Virus record (IMG/VR): IMGVR_UViG_3300045988_150292
Coordinates: 14,386 to 78,385 of that record
Reading direction: 5' to 3' (one strand)
Origin: a virus
DNA length: 64,000 nt
Of this stretch, positions 1-9,700 are shown piece after piece. The notes beneath the pieces were generated by a model. It did no database searches, was not told the origin of the DNA, and saw only the letters and a program-made list of their open reading frames with translations. Made by a program: the position numbers and the translations under genes. Within the stretch, counting starts at the first letter, position 1, and every line of letters begins with the position of its first letter.

Positions 1-122
1 TCCGTCCTTGTCGGTATATTTCAGCCCCTTCATCGCCATTTCTGCGGTTTTCTCACAAAAATGCGGCTCATGTGCCATTTTTACGGCATTTAAGAATATA
101 TACATCACCATAGTCCTTCCTC

Positions 123-599
123 CTAACTTAGTTTATCCACAAGCGTCCTCACAAGTCCTTTCAGCTCGTTCATGCCGCTTTCAAGCGAACCGATGCGCTC
201 GTCCTGTTTCTTTTTCTCGGCAAACGCGGGATTCCACTCTTCTTTTATCCTCTCGCAGTCCTTCTTTCTCGCCTCGTGCTTTGCCACACTGTTTATGATG
301 TCGGTGCTCTCGGCCTCCAGTGCGTCCACTTCTTTGAGTATTCCTTCCCTGTCTACGCTGAGTATCGTGTTTCCTGCGCTCACAACCGAAGAGTCTGCCG
401 GCATGGTGTAGGTGTTGTTTGCTCCGTTGGTCTCCACGGTCACATCAACAACCGTTGACGATGCCGTTCCGCCGCCGCTGTATTGCGGAAAGCGTGGCTG
501 GGTAATCGCCGTCACCCTGCCTATCTCTTCTCTCAGTCCCTCGTCACCCTTGTGCAGCATATACACCGGGTGTCCTTTCTTTATGTCCTTGAACGTCAT
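123..599 (-). CDS. hypothetical phage protein
   Basis: 158-aa ORF on the late-gene strand; no motif recognised. Confidence 0.5.
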   Translation of the reverse strand: MTFKDIKKGHPVYMLHKGDEGLREEIGRVTAITQPRFPQYSGGGTASSTVVDVTVETNGANNTYTMPADSSVVSAGNTILSVDREGILKEVDALEAESTDIINSVAKHEARKKDCERIKEEWNPAFAEKKKQDERIGSLESGMNELKGLVRTLVDKLS

Positions 600-629
600 A
601 ATCTCTGTCTTTTTGGTTATACAATAAAA

Positions 630-656
630 GCGGCATCCCGACTTGTGGAATACCGC
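630..656 (-). terminator. intrinsic terminator hairpin (copy A of a dispersed 27-mer)
   Basis: Minus strand reads GCGGTATTCCACAAGTCGGGATGCCGC followed by TTTT. It forms a 7-bp stem with one G-U pair and is identical to 3715-3741. Confidence 0.55.
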
Positions 657-717
657 TTTAGAATAAGGGGGAACAATGCTTTGGCACTGTTCCCTGAATC
701 CCTAATTTGTGTAAAAG

Positions 718-1749
718 TTATAATTTTTCTGGAGGATTTTTCTTATTCCGTTTCAATTTCTTTATATCTTCATCAAGTTCTTTTAAACTCTCGATCTTCC
801 TTTGTTGCTTTAATTTCTCCTTATATTCCTTATATACAAGTTGGACTTTCTTTTTAGCCATTTCCTTACTGATTTTCCCTTTGGTTTCAAGGATATTCTT
901 CCTGTTCATCGTAAGAATAACATTCAGGCTCTTCTCCCAGTCTGCCATCATCATTGGTATGTGATTATAAGCCTGAGCTTCGGCAAAAGAAAGATATTGG
1001 TCAACTATGTATTTCAGATTCTCAATTTCCTCTTTATTTAGATAGTTCTTGCCTATACCAACATCAGAAGCTTTGACTATACCCTCATTCTCCGTAGAGG
1101 TAAGCCCCATCATTGGTAGTTCTGCATTTGCACGATAATATACGAGTTCAGCAGCCGTATGACCACTTACCGCCCATATTAATTTATTCTGAATAGCAGC
1201 AAAGAACTCTATGGTTTTCCTATCGTCTTTGTCATAGTCCGCACTGAGTTTGTAGATGTCCTTTATTTGCTGATAAAAGACCCTTTCAGATATACGTATC
1301 TGCCTAATGCGACTGAGTAACTCTTTGAAATAAGTCAAAGACTGCCCTTTGGTGAATCGCTTGTCATCAAGTACATATCCCTTGACAAGATACTCTTTCA
1401 AAGTTTTTCTTGCCCATATCCTGAATTGAGTGGCACGCTTGCTATTAACACGGAAACCAACAGACACTATAGCATCAAGATTATAGAACTTGACTTTTCT
1501 TTTGACGCTACGTTCCCCTTCTTGACGAACAACTAAAGAATCCTTAGTAGTTGCTTTTTCATCAAGTTCGCCTTCGTTAAAGACATTCCTTAGATGGATA
1601 ATCACATTCTCTTTGGTACAGCCGAATAAATCTGCCATACCCTTTTGTGTAAGCCATATAGTTTCGTTGATAGCGTCTATTTGTACGTTTATTTCGCCGT
1701 TTTCGCCACTAAATATGACTATTTCTCCGAAATTATTATTTTCTTCCAT
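718..1749 (-). CDS. RhuM-family (virulence-protein-like) moron
   Basis: Start moved to MEENNNFGEIV (1749). The core FYNLDAIVSVGFRVNSKRATQFRIWA...ISERVFYQQIKDIY matches my memory of the RhuM family. The gene is clearly more AT-rich than its neighbours. Confidence 0.7.
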   Translation of the reverse strand: MEENNNFGEIVIFSGENGEINVQIDAINETIWLTQKGMADLFGCTKENVIIHLRNVFNEGELDEKATTKDSLVVRQEGERSVKRKVKFYNLDAIVSVGFRVNSKRATQFRIWARKTLKEYLVKGYVLDDKRFTKGQSLTYFKELLSRIRQIRISERVFYQQIKDIYKLSADYDKDDRKTIEFFAAIQNKLIWAVSGHTAAELVYYRANAELPMMGLTSTENEGIVKASDVGIGKNYLNKEEIENLKYIVDQYLSFAEAQAYNHIPMMMADWEKSLNVILTMNRKNILETKGKISKEMAKKKVQLVYKEYKEKLKQQRKIESLKELDEDIKKLKRNKKNPPEKL

Positions 1750-1771
1750 ATCATTATAACTTTTACATATG

Positions 1772-1802
1772 CAAATATACTGCAAAATAATGATACTGCA
1801 AA
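1772..1802 (-). promoter_or_regulatory. candidate Bacteroides-type promoter for the RhuM-like gene
   Basis: Minus strand reads TTTG (1802-1799), 19 nt, then TATATTTG (1779-1772), about 25 nt upstream of the ATG at 1749. Confidence 0.45.
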
Positions 1803-1808
1803 ATTCAA

Positions 1809-1835
1809 GCGGTATTCCAACAAGTCAAAGAACGC
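1809..1835 (+). repeat. dispersed repeat copy C (inverted relative to copy A)
   Basis: GCGGTATTCCAACAAGTCAAAGAACGC. The first 18 nt are the reverse complement of 640-656 with one extra base. Copy D at 4568-4594 is near-identical. Confidence 0.7.
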
Positions 1836-1911
1836 TTCATTTCCTTTTCTTTCCTAAACGGAAGAGCCTCCGCACGGACTTCTTCTCCGTAGGCGCAGGC
1901 TCCTCCTTAAT

Positions 1912-2733
1912 TCATGTGGTCGCTGTAGTGGCCTTGGTTCCCAATGCCGCTATCAAGGTGGCATTCTGTCTCTGCTGCGACAGCTCAAGCTCTGCCCTGT
2001 TCAGGCGAAGCTGCAGGTCCTCCTGCCAGTGTCCGTTCAGCGTGTCGATGATGCGCTGTGTGTTGGCGTTAGCGTTGGTCTTCAGATCACAAGCCATCTG
2101 GCTCATCTGGAATCCCACGTTGGAGAAGCCTCTCTCCAGTCCTGTGTTCGTGTAGCTGAAACCCTGTTGCATTCCGTTCACGATGTCCTTCTGACCGAGC
2201 TGATTCTCATAACCCATCTTGATGATGTTCTGCTGTGTCTGGCAGCAGCAGTCCTTCAACTGCTGTACGATGTTCATGTCACCGAGGTTCACGGCGTTGA
2301 TGACTCTTTCTGCCGAAAAGCCCACCTGACCGCTAAGACGGTCGATGCCGCCACGAACATCACATATAGCAGAATTGAGAGTGTTGAAATCACAATTCAA
2401 GTTACCTGCCAAACGGTCAATAGCATTATTGTTACCCTTAATGGCATCCATCAGTAGATTTGAGTTCTGGTTGTCTGCCATCTGGGAACGGATAGCGTTT
2501 AGCTGACCTTGGATTTCAGCATTTTGAACTTTACTTCCATCGTCGCCCCACATCTTACGGGCAAACATCATCCATACAAGATAAACGAAGGGGTTATTCC
2601 ATTGTCCGCCCATACCTCCGTTCATCATCGCCGCCATAGCCATAGGGTCGTTACCCTTGTTTGCCATCGCAGCCCATGCCAGAGCGTCATTGTTCCTCGC
2701 TCCGTCACAACATATAATCTTCTCTGCTTCCAT
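1912..2733 (-). CDS. hypothetical protein (Asn/Gln-rich, one hydrophobic segment)
   Basis: Start moved to MEAEKIICCDG (2733); the upstream part of the track ORF looks non-coding. No motif recognised. Confidence 0.5.
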   Translation of the reverse strand: MEAEKIICCDGARNNDALAWAAMANKGNDPMAMAAMMNGGMGGQWNNPFVYLVWMMFARKMWGDDGSKVQNAEIQGQLNAIRSQMADNQNSNLLMDAIKGNNNAIDRLAGNLNCDFNTLNSAICDVRGGIDRLSGQVGFSAERVINAVNLGDMNIVQQLKDCCCQTQQNIIKMGYENQLGQKDIVNGMQQGFSYTNTGLERGFSNVGFQMSQMACDLKTNANANTQRIIDTLNGHWQEDLQLRLNRAELELSQQRQNATLIAALGTKATTATT

Positions 2734-2946
2734 AATAAAAATGTGTTTGTGTCGTTTCGTTCCAAAATCAGAACTTGGTGCAAATATAGCCAATGTTCCG
2801 CCTAAGACACAACATTGCTTTTCGTGGCAACATCCTGCCACATTACGGCACAAAAAAACAGTCCTGCCTCCCGACAGAACTGCCCTCCTGAAAAACAATT
2901 CAATAATTACCTTAAATTTAGAAAGAAATCGTAGTAAAATAACATA

Positions 2947-3270
2947 TCAACTTAAATGATGAAAAGTATCAAGTTCCTCTTTCGTCCATCGGCGGCTGAC
3001 ATCACCGACGACCTTCTTCCCTTGCGGTATCTTGCCTTCACGCCGCAGCTTGTCAAACTTGCTCCTCGACATTCCGAGATACCTCATCGCTTCGGTCTTG
3101 TTGTAGGTCTTCTCCCTGCTGCCGGCAAACATCTCCAGGCAGCTGAGAAACCTCTCGTTCTGCTCTTCCGTAGTGCTGCAACGTCCGCTGTCTATGCGGT
3201 CTATCAGCTCTTGCAGCAACGCTCGTATCATCTGTAACGTAACGCTCAAAACCGTCTCTTTATTAGCCAT
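2947..3270 (-). CDS. small helix-turn-helix DNA-binding protein (excisionase/MerR-like C-terminus)
   Basis: Start at MANKETVLS (3270). The C-terminal segment EAMRYLGMSRSKFDKLRREGKIPQGKKV...RWTKEELD is HTH-like. Confidence 0.5.
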   Translation of the reverse strand: MANKETVLSVTLQMIRALLQELIDRIDSGRCSTTEEQNERFLSCLEMFAGSREKTYNKTEAMRYLGMSRSKFDKLRREGKIPQGKKVVGDVSRRWTKEELDTFHHLS

Positions 3271-3683
3271 AGCAAAGATAATAAAATTATTGCTAATACA
3301 CAACAGATTGGCACGAAATAATCCACCTTAATCTGCTCCCATCTCCCCAGTTTCTTCTCCACAGGGAACGGCACTCTCACGGAGTCCGTCTTCATCACCG
3401 TGTCCGTCTTGTTCGTATAAATATAGTGGTCCTCATGTTCCGTCCTTACCTTGTCCTTGAACACGGTATCTCCCTTCATCCACACGCTCACACTGTCATG
3501 CACCCACACGGAATCCCTTTTGATGAAGCTGTCCGTCCTCACCTTATATTCTGTGTGATATTCCGGCACACTCACATACCTCACGCTCCTACATCCCGTC
3601 AGCAGCGTCATTAGTCCGCACAACACGCATCCTACCAAGAATGCGGCAAACAGCCTTGCAACTCTTATCATTGCCTGTTCCAT
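3246..3683 (-). CDS. lipoprotein with C-terminal transmembrane helix (unimolecular-spanin-like topology)
   Basis: Start at MEQAMIRVARLFAAFLVGCVLCGLMTLLTGC (lipobox LTGC). The C-terminus VDYFVPICCVLAIILLSLLWLIKRRF is a TM helix. Confidence 0.5.
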   Translation of the reverse strand: MEQAMIRVARLFAAFLVGCVLCGLMTLLTGCRSVRYVSVPEYHTEYKVRTDSFIKRDSVWVHDSVSVWMKGDTVFKDKVRTEHEDHYIYTNKTDTVMKTDSVRVPFPVEKKLGRWEQIKVDYFVPICCVLAIILLSLLWLIKRRF

Positions 3684-3714
3684 AACATTTCCCTTTCTTT
3701 TATATACAACAAAA

Positions 3715-3741
3715 GCGGCATCCCGACTTGTGGAATACCGC
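3715..3741 (-). terminator. intrinsic terminator hairpin (copy B of the dispersed 27-mer)
   Basis: Identical 27-mer to 630-656, followed on the minus strand by TTTTGTTGTATATA. Confidence 0.55.
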
Positions 3742-3828
3742 CTGCTTAGTGATTCACCTCGACAGATTGCCTTTGCATATCTACACGAGTGAGCTACGGA
3801 CACGTAGCCTTTCAATATGACAAAGACT

Positions 3829-4275
3829 TTATTTGACTCTTGTAACGACCCAATTCCTTGTTCTCGGGTCGTAAGAAATTGCATCTCTGAACATGTTAAG
3901 TAAAAGAAGAGCAGAATCAACCTTGTCTGCCTTGACTTTATAAAGACCGTTTTTGTTTTCTACATGTATATCATAGTTCCGTTCTATCAAGTCAAGACGT
4001 GTCTTATATTCGGATATGTCGTTTATAAGGTTCGCATTTTCCTTTACAAGGCTGTCTACGGAAATCTTGTTGCCGTTCCTGTCAGAAACCATCTTCGGCT
4101 CTGATACAAGACGGGTGTAATCTTGTATGATTTCATCTTTCTGTTCTATATCTTTCCTTAATCCGTCTATATGATAGTTGCTGATAAGGAAATAAGTTAC
4201 GGAAAATACAGCCGTAACTATAAACAGTAGCCAACCCAGTGAATTACTATTTTTCTTTTCCATAACCGTATTCAT
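3829..4275 (-). CDS. N-terminally membrane-anchored coiled-coil protein
   Basis: 148-aa ORF with TM segment GWLLFIVTAVFSVTYFLI. AT-rich, and overlaps the upstream ORF. Confidence 0.55.
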   Translation of the reverse strand: MNTVMEKKNSNSLGWLLFIVTAVFSVTYFLISNYHIDGLRKDIEQKDEIIQDYTRLVSEPKMVSDRNGNKISVDSLVKENANLINDISEYKTRLDLIERNYDIHVENKNGLYKVKADKVDSALLLLNMFRDAISYDPRTRNWVVTRVK

Positions 4276-4519
4276 TTATTATCTCAATATTCTTTTCTCT
4301 CAGCTCAAAATATTTCTCCATATATTTCTCTTTCTGTTCAAGCAATTCTTTGGTGTGTCCGTTTCTCATCTCGGTAATCTCACGTTCTTTCTTTATGTTC
4401 TCGTAATACATCCCGAGTCTGAAAGATGTAACGGCAACGGCAAGAATAAAACCGACAAGCAAAGACAATTCCTTGTGGAGGGTGTTGAACTTCTGTAAAA
4501 TGCCAACCTTTCTTGTCAT
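4247..4519 (-). CDS. N-terminally membrane-anchored coiled-coil protein
   Basis: 90-aa ORF with TM segment LSLLVGFILAVAVTSF followed by a Lys/Glu-rich helix. TATCTTTG -7 box upstream on the minus strand. Confidence 0.5.
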   Translation of the reverse strand: MTRKVGILQKFNTLHKELSLLVGFILAVAVTSFRLGMYYENIKKEREITEMRNGHTKELLEQKEKYMEKYFELREKNIEIINEYGYGKEK

Positions 4520-4567
4520 CAGCTTTTATTTTCTTGCAAAGATAAAGAAAATTCTTGAATAGCACAA

Positions 4568-4594
4568 GCGGTATTCCAGCAAGTCAAAGAACGC
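4568..4594 (+). repeat. dispersed repeat copy D (inverted relative to copy B)
   Basis: GCGGTATTCCAGCAAGTCAAAGAACGC. The first 18 nt are the reverse complement of 3725-3741 with one extra base. Confidence 0.7.
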
Positions 4595-4669
4595 CTTTTT
4601 GAAAAGCCCCTATCCTCACGGACCGAGGCTTGAAAAAATTAACTAACACTTAAAACTATGAAGAAAAAA

Positions 4670-5104
4670 CTAAATATCCTTATATTCCTCCACCGCGTTG
4701 AAGCAAGGACAGCTCTTCTCCCATTTCTTCGGTGTGTCCTCTCCCCAGATGCTGCGGTGCCCCATTATCCTTGCGGCAGGGTACTTCTTGTGCAGTATGC
4801 CAAGCAGCTTCCTCAGTGTCGCTTTCTGCGCAGGAGTCCTGTTGTCAACTGCCACAATCTTCTTGTTCGGTCGCTCTATTCCTCCCACATAAGCCACATT
4901 GATGGCAGTGGAATTGTAGCCCTTCACTCCATTGCTCACCTCTTCCACTGCGAGCATCTGATGTACGCCTCCGTCAGCAGTCACTACATAGTGATAGCCC
5001 GGCTGTTTCCATCCTTTCGCCTTGAACTCCGCCCAAAGCTCCTTCGTTCCCCAGTTCTGGTTGCTTGCCGTGCAATGCACGAAAATCCTTTCTATCTTTC
5101 TCAT
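4670..5104 (-). CDS. N-acetylmuramoyl-L-alanine amidase (T7-lysozyme / PGRP type endolysin)
   Basis: IFVHCTAS...GYHYVV..DG...GYNSTAINVAYVGG...TPAQ...YP.A.IMGHR...KSCPCF matches the amidase_2 / T7 lysozyme pattern. Start placed at MRKIERIF, just after the upstream stop codon. Confidence 0.85.
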   Translation of the reverse strand: MRKIERIFVHCTASNQNWGTKELWAEFKAKGWKQPGYHYVVTADGGVHQMLAVEEVSNGVKGYNSTAINVAYVGGIERPNKKIVAVDNRTPAQKATLRKLLGILHKKYPAARIMGHRSIWGEDTPKKWEKSCPCFNAVEEYKDI

Positions 5105-5105
5105 T

Positions 5106-5609
5106 TTAATTCTGTTTTTTGTCATCTTCTTCCTCAAGTGCCTCCTCGATCGCATCGCCTACGTCATTGTTGCGCTTGCGAATAAGGCAGATGATGAATT
5201 TCTTTATACTCAGTTTGTTTGTCACTCCGTGCAGGGCGCAGATATGCCCCACGATGCTGTCCACTTCCCAGATACACCCGAAGCCGAGTCCCACCGCCGC
5301 CGTTGTCACGTGGTTGGCGATGCCCAGCGGCTCGAAGATGCCCAGACCGAAGAATGTTCCAAGCAGCAGGTAGCCGATGTAGTCCATGAACTTGTTACAG
5401 GTTCGTCTTCCTGCTCTGGAAAATCTGAAATGCTCCTTCTTCTGAAGGCTCTCGCTCAGTCCGTACCAGAAGTCCGCCACTATCAGCACTGCTATCAGTA
5501 TCAGCATCCACCGCAGGTCATACACTACGCCCAGTGCTTCCTTCGAAAATGTTCCGCTACTTATGAACAGGAAAATCCCTCCTCTCGCCAGTCCCTCATT
5601 CATGCGCAC
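5106..5609 (-). CDS. holin-like membrane protein
   Basis: 167 aa with 3-4 hydrophobic helices and an acidic C-terminal tail, immediately upstream of the amidase. Confidence 0.5.
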   Translation of the reverse strand: MRMNEGLARGGIFLFISSGTFSKEALGVVYDLRWMLILIAVLIVADFWYGLSESLQKKEHFRFSRAGRRTCNKFMDYIGYLLLGTFFGLGIFEPLGIANHVTTAAVGLGFGCIWEVDSIVGHICALHGVTNKLSIKKFIICLIRKRNNDVGDAIEEALEEEDDKKQN

Positions 5610-5661
5610 CTCCTTTCGTTATTCTATTCATAATCTTTCTCATTCAATTCCATTTATAAGG

Positions 5662-6132
5662 TTAAACCATCAACTTGTAAACACACACACCATACACCAT
5701 CCCCATCCCTGCCAGTTCCGCAGCGAGCCATGCCCAGCGACTTTTAGTCACCTGCATCACGGCTACGTAAGCCACAAGGCTCAAAGCAACTATCTCCCAA
5801 CAGGTTGCCATTCCCCAGGCCACTGCGCACACCCCTGCCACCTTTGCAGCAGTCTTGTGCAGCTTCGCCTCGTCACCTTTGTAGTGTGGAGCAACGGCAA
5901 CGAACACCAGTGCCGCGGCAGCGAGGAAGCCGAGGAATTTCCAGTTTTCGGGAGCCACTGCCACCATCACCGGCATCAGCAGTGCTGCGCTCGACCCTAT
6001 ACAGGCAGTGAAGAGCGTCATCCCTCCTTCGTAGGCATATTCGCTCACCACCTCCTTGGCTCCGTATCTCATCGCCATTGCGATTACGTATGCCGTGAAT
6101 ATCACGCAGCTCAAGATTACCATCCACATCAT
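5662..6132 (-). CDS. polytopic membrane protein (second holin/antiholin candidate)
   Basis: 156 aa, almost entirely hydrophobic helices. Its start overlaps the upstream stop (6129-6132). Confidence 0.5.
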   Translation of the reverse strand: MMWMVILSCVIFTAYVIAMAMRYGAKEVVSEYAYEGGMTLFTACIGSSAALLMPVMVAVAPENWKFLGFLAAAALVFVAVAPHYKGDEAKLHKTAAKVAGVCAVAWGMATCWEIVALSLVAYVAVMQVTKSRWAWLAAELAGMGMVYGVCVYKLMV

Positions 6133-6719
6133 AGGCTTACCTCCATTCTTAGCTGTTCTGGATAGCCCTTGGTGTAGTCATAGCCAAGCACCTCTTCCAC
6201 GGTATTCAGTTCCGCCACCGCCTTCTTGTGCGCTGCCGTCACATTGAAGCACTCTAAGGCATACATCTCCAAAGCAGAGAGCAGTCCGATAGCCTTGTCG
6301 CAGTTCACTTCTATCTCCATTCCTCCGAACCACAGCGTTGTTGTCGTCTTTCCCATCGCCTTTGCAATGGAGGTGGAGTTCATCAATCCCACACGCGTAT
6401 CTTTGTTCAGCCACACCCTCTGTCCGTTCAGCATGAAGCCGTTAACGGAAGGGGAGGTGTCGTATTTGTCTATCTGTTCCAGCACCATCTTCTGTGCCGC
6501 AGCAGTCAGAGCAGCCTCCGATGTCATTCCGCCTGTTTCCAGACGCACACCGTCATACACCCACACCTTACGTTCTACAGCTTCGGTAGTCTCCAGTCCG
6601 TTCCCGTCAGGCATACCACCCATTGTTGCCGTCTCCTGCTTGCCATTCACAAGCAGCAGAACAACACCATCGCCAACAGTCAGTCTTGGCTGCGGATTGT
6701 CAAAATAATACTTCTCCAT
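6129..6719 (-). CDS. hypothetical tail-fibre-associated protein
   Basis: 196-aa ORF directly downstream of the fibre gene; possible fibre assembly factor, by position only. Confidence 0.4.
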   Translation of the reverse strand: MEKYYFDNPQPRLTVGDGVVLLLVNGKQETATMGGMPDGNGLETTEAVERKVWVYDGVRLETGGMTSEAALTAAAQKMVLEQIDKYDTSPSVNGFMLNGQRVWLNKDTRVGLMNSTSIAKAMGKTTTTLWFGGMEIEVNCDKAIGLLSALEMYALECFNVTAAHKKAVAELNTVEEVLGYDYTKGYPEQLRMEVSL

Positions 6720-6758
6720 TTTTCTTTTCGTTTTTTCTGGTTTGTAAGATATTTCTGA

Positions 6759-9700
6759 TTATTCGCCACGTTGCACGATTCGGCACTGGGCGGAACCTCC
6801 AGTAAACGCAGCCATATCATTCGACGGATAGAGAGCATACAAAGTCCGAGGCGAACAAGACACAGCATTCGCAGTGTTACGTAAACGCAAGCAAATACGG
6901 ACACGCTCGTCTTTACGACGGCTCCAATATGGATAGGATTGTGCAAAAAAACACTGCCAGCTCTGTATGTTGCCACCATTTGCAATTTTGTAAGGAGTAA
7001 AGCCGAGGCGGTCTTGTGTATATCCTTCTGAGAGGATAGGAGGACCGAAGGTTCCCACCTTGGGATATAGAGACTCAAAGCTGAAGGTTCCGAGGTTCGC
7101 CTTGGTGTATGTATTTTCGTCCACCCATTTCCTCTGATCTGTCTCCAGGTAGAAATCCACATAGGCGTCTCTTAACTGCTCCGGATTATATCTGCCTCCA
7201 GTATCGAGTTTGTTGGTTCCCACCATCTCCAAACCGCCACCCCAATAGGCATAGATGTCACCACTGAGATTCATGCCGTGTATCAGACTCATTCTTAACG
7301 ACAGTTCGAGGTCGTAGGTCACTTGTGTGCTGGCATCCTTGTAGCCTTTACAGGTGCCTTTCTTGATACGGTAAACCTTGCAGTTCATCACTCCGTCAGA
7401 AAGTTTTTCTGCACCGGGGATATTCTTATATCGGTAGACAGCTCCGTATGCATCAAAATCCGTATCTTCTGCCACACCGAACTCCGTAGCCCACGATGCT
7501 GCCATCTGGCTCTCCATGCACTGTTCCTTCGGTCTGCCATAGTTGATGTAATAACTGAAGTTGTTCGTGTCCATATTGGCATTCGCTCCAAAGTACGCTT
7601 GTCTGCCCAAAATGGAATAAACCCAGTCTTGGGTGCCCTGCTCCTTGGTGCGCACTCCGCCGTTCTCTCTCCAATCGTTTTCGTTTTTTACGTTGTCGTT
7701 GCTCGATATTCCCGAACCGAAGAGTGCGTTGGCGTGAAGATTTTTCGTACCATAGAGCAATTCCATACAAATGATGAATACATTCAGAGAGTGATAGCCA
7801 CCCTCGGCAAACGGCACCGGCGATTGTGAATTGACATTAGACACACGGGCTACAGCCTTATTCATTGCCTGGGAAATATCACTGCTTCTCGGATATGTGC
7901 GTCCGTCGTCTACGAACATCGAGCATACATCCTTTCCATATTGGCTTACGTGGTTCATCGTGTTCGTATCACCCACGGCATAGGTATAGAAAAAATTCCT
8001 TGCATTGCCGCCCAACGTAGTAATAGGACATGGCGACATTGCAGTGCCGAGAAATGGAAATCTGCCGGTGTCTATACCATCATACTTCACGGGTTTTTTG
8101 AATATTCCTGTCAGCATCTTGCCGCTGTCGCCTGTCTGACGGTCTACAGGATAGAGGGTGTCGTATCTGCCTATCATCACCGAATACTTCGTCTCCGTGG
8201 TCTCCCATGGCAACAACTGGCGCACCTTGTTACCCTCGCCATCGTATAGGTCAACAAGTCCCAGGGAATTATAAACCTCCGCTGCGTCGTAAGGGTGCTC
8301 ACCTGCCTTATCGGTTACAATAACACCATTTTTCAGCGTCAATGGAGTAGTGTGCTCAGCATCGGTATAGAGCTGCACGTCACACGCAGCACGCATCTCC
8401 TCCGTAATGCCCACGGTAGGTGCGAACGCTCCACTCTTGAAGCGGAAGAGATTGTTACCCATCAGCTCACCCACAGGGTGCGTAGCCTCTCCTGTGTTGT
8501 CGGTGTGGTCGATGAGATAGAAGTGCCAGTCGGATAAGATTTCCTTGTTGCCTTTGCAGTTCTTGAAATTTGGATCACCTGTCTTCTCGTCGTTCTCGCC
8601 GACATAATAGTCGGCCATGCCCTCCATCTCGCTTCTCAGAGTCTCGATGTTTGCCTTCGTTTCGTCCACCTTCTGATTAATCTTGCTGAGCTGCGTACAC
8701 ATACTCGCCGTCATTCCGTCCCTCACAACCTTCATCGTAAGGTCGGCAACGTCAACCTTATAGCTCACCACCACCTTGATGGCACTGCGAGACTGAAAGT
8801 TTGACACAAAGCGACAATATCCGTCCTCTGGAAGTTCAGCATCGGCATTGAGCAGAGTCATCGGCTGATAGCTGCCCACGGTAGTTTGGAATGTAGCAGG
8901 CAGATAATCCACGGTCTGCCCTGTCTGGTCGTCGGTAATCACGCAGCTCTCTACAGCCGCAGCATCAGCATCGTATGCGTAGGTGTAAGAATGAGTCTTG
9001 CCATCGTATGTAGCCTTGGCAGAGGCTATGCGTCCCTTCTCGTCGTATGTGTATGTATATTCAATCGCCCTACGCTCAATCTTGTCGATATACTCGGCAA
9101 ACACGCACACATTTCCGTCTGTAGCCCCCGGCTTGAACAGGTATTCGTTGCCAAGCTCGGCAGTAAACACCGCAATCGCCCAGCCCTGCTTGCTCACCTT
9201 CACACCGTCGGCAGAAATAGCCACGTTCTGCTCCGAAGGAGTGAGCACAATGTCAGGACGCTCCGAATACGGACCAAGGCTCTTTTTCATTCTCGCTACA
9301 TCGCTCACATCACCTAAATCGGCAGTCTTCACTGTTCCTGTGCGGTCGGTAACGGTCAGCACATGGTCGTCGTCCATCACGGCGTTCACCTTGCTTGCTC
9401 CGTTGGCGGCGGCATTGGCATTAGCCGTTGCCGTGTCGGCATTTGTCGCTGCCGTGTCCGCCTTGCCCGTAGCAGTGTAAGCAGCAGCAGTAGCGGCTTC
9501 GGCAGCAGCCACCGCAGCATCATTGGCAGCCTTGTTATCTTTCGCAGCCTGCTCACGCTTTGCCTCTGCACGCTGTCGTGAGAGCTCGGCAAGTACACGT
9601 TCGGTTTCGGCGGACACTCTTGTCGTCTCGTTCTCCTGTCTCGCCTGTTCCGAAGTGGTGCGCTCCCTTTCGGCTGCCGTGCGTTCCTGTTCAGCTGATT

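Noticed and set aside
6759-6960. Possible diversity-generating retroelement: the fibre C-terminus (..SYPYWSRRK...GGSAQCRIVQRGE) vaguely resembles a DGR variable region, and an RT is present in the window.
   Set aside because: I found no template repeat matching this segment near the RT (50755-53269) on either strand. The RT has a QG rather than the DGR-typical SQ motif. The C-terminal sequence does not fit the usual CLec/FGE VR patterns. A software TR/VR search would be decisive.
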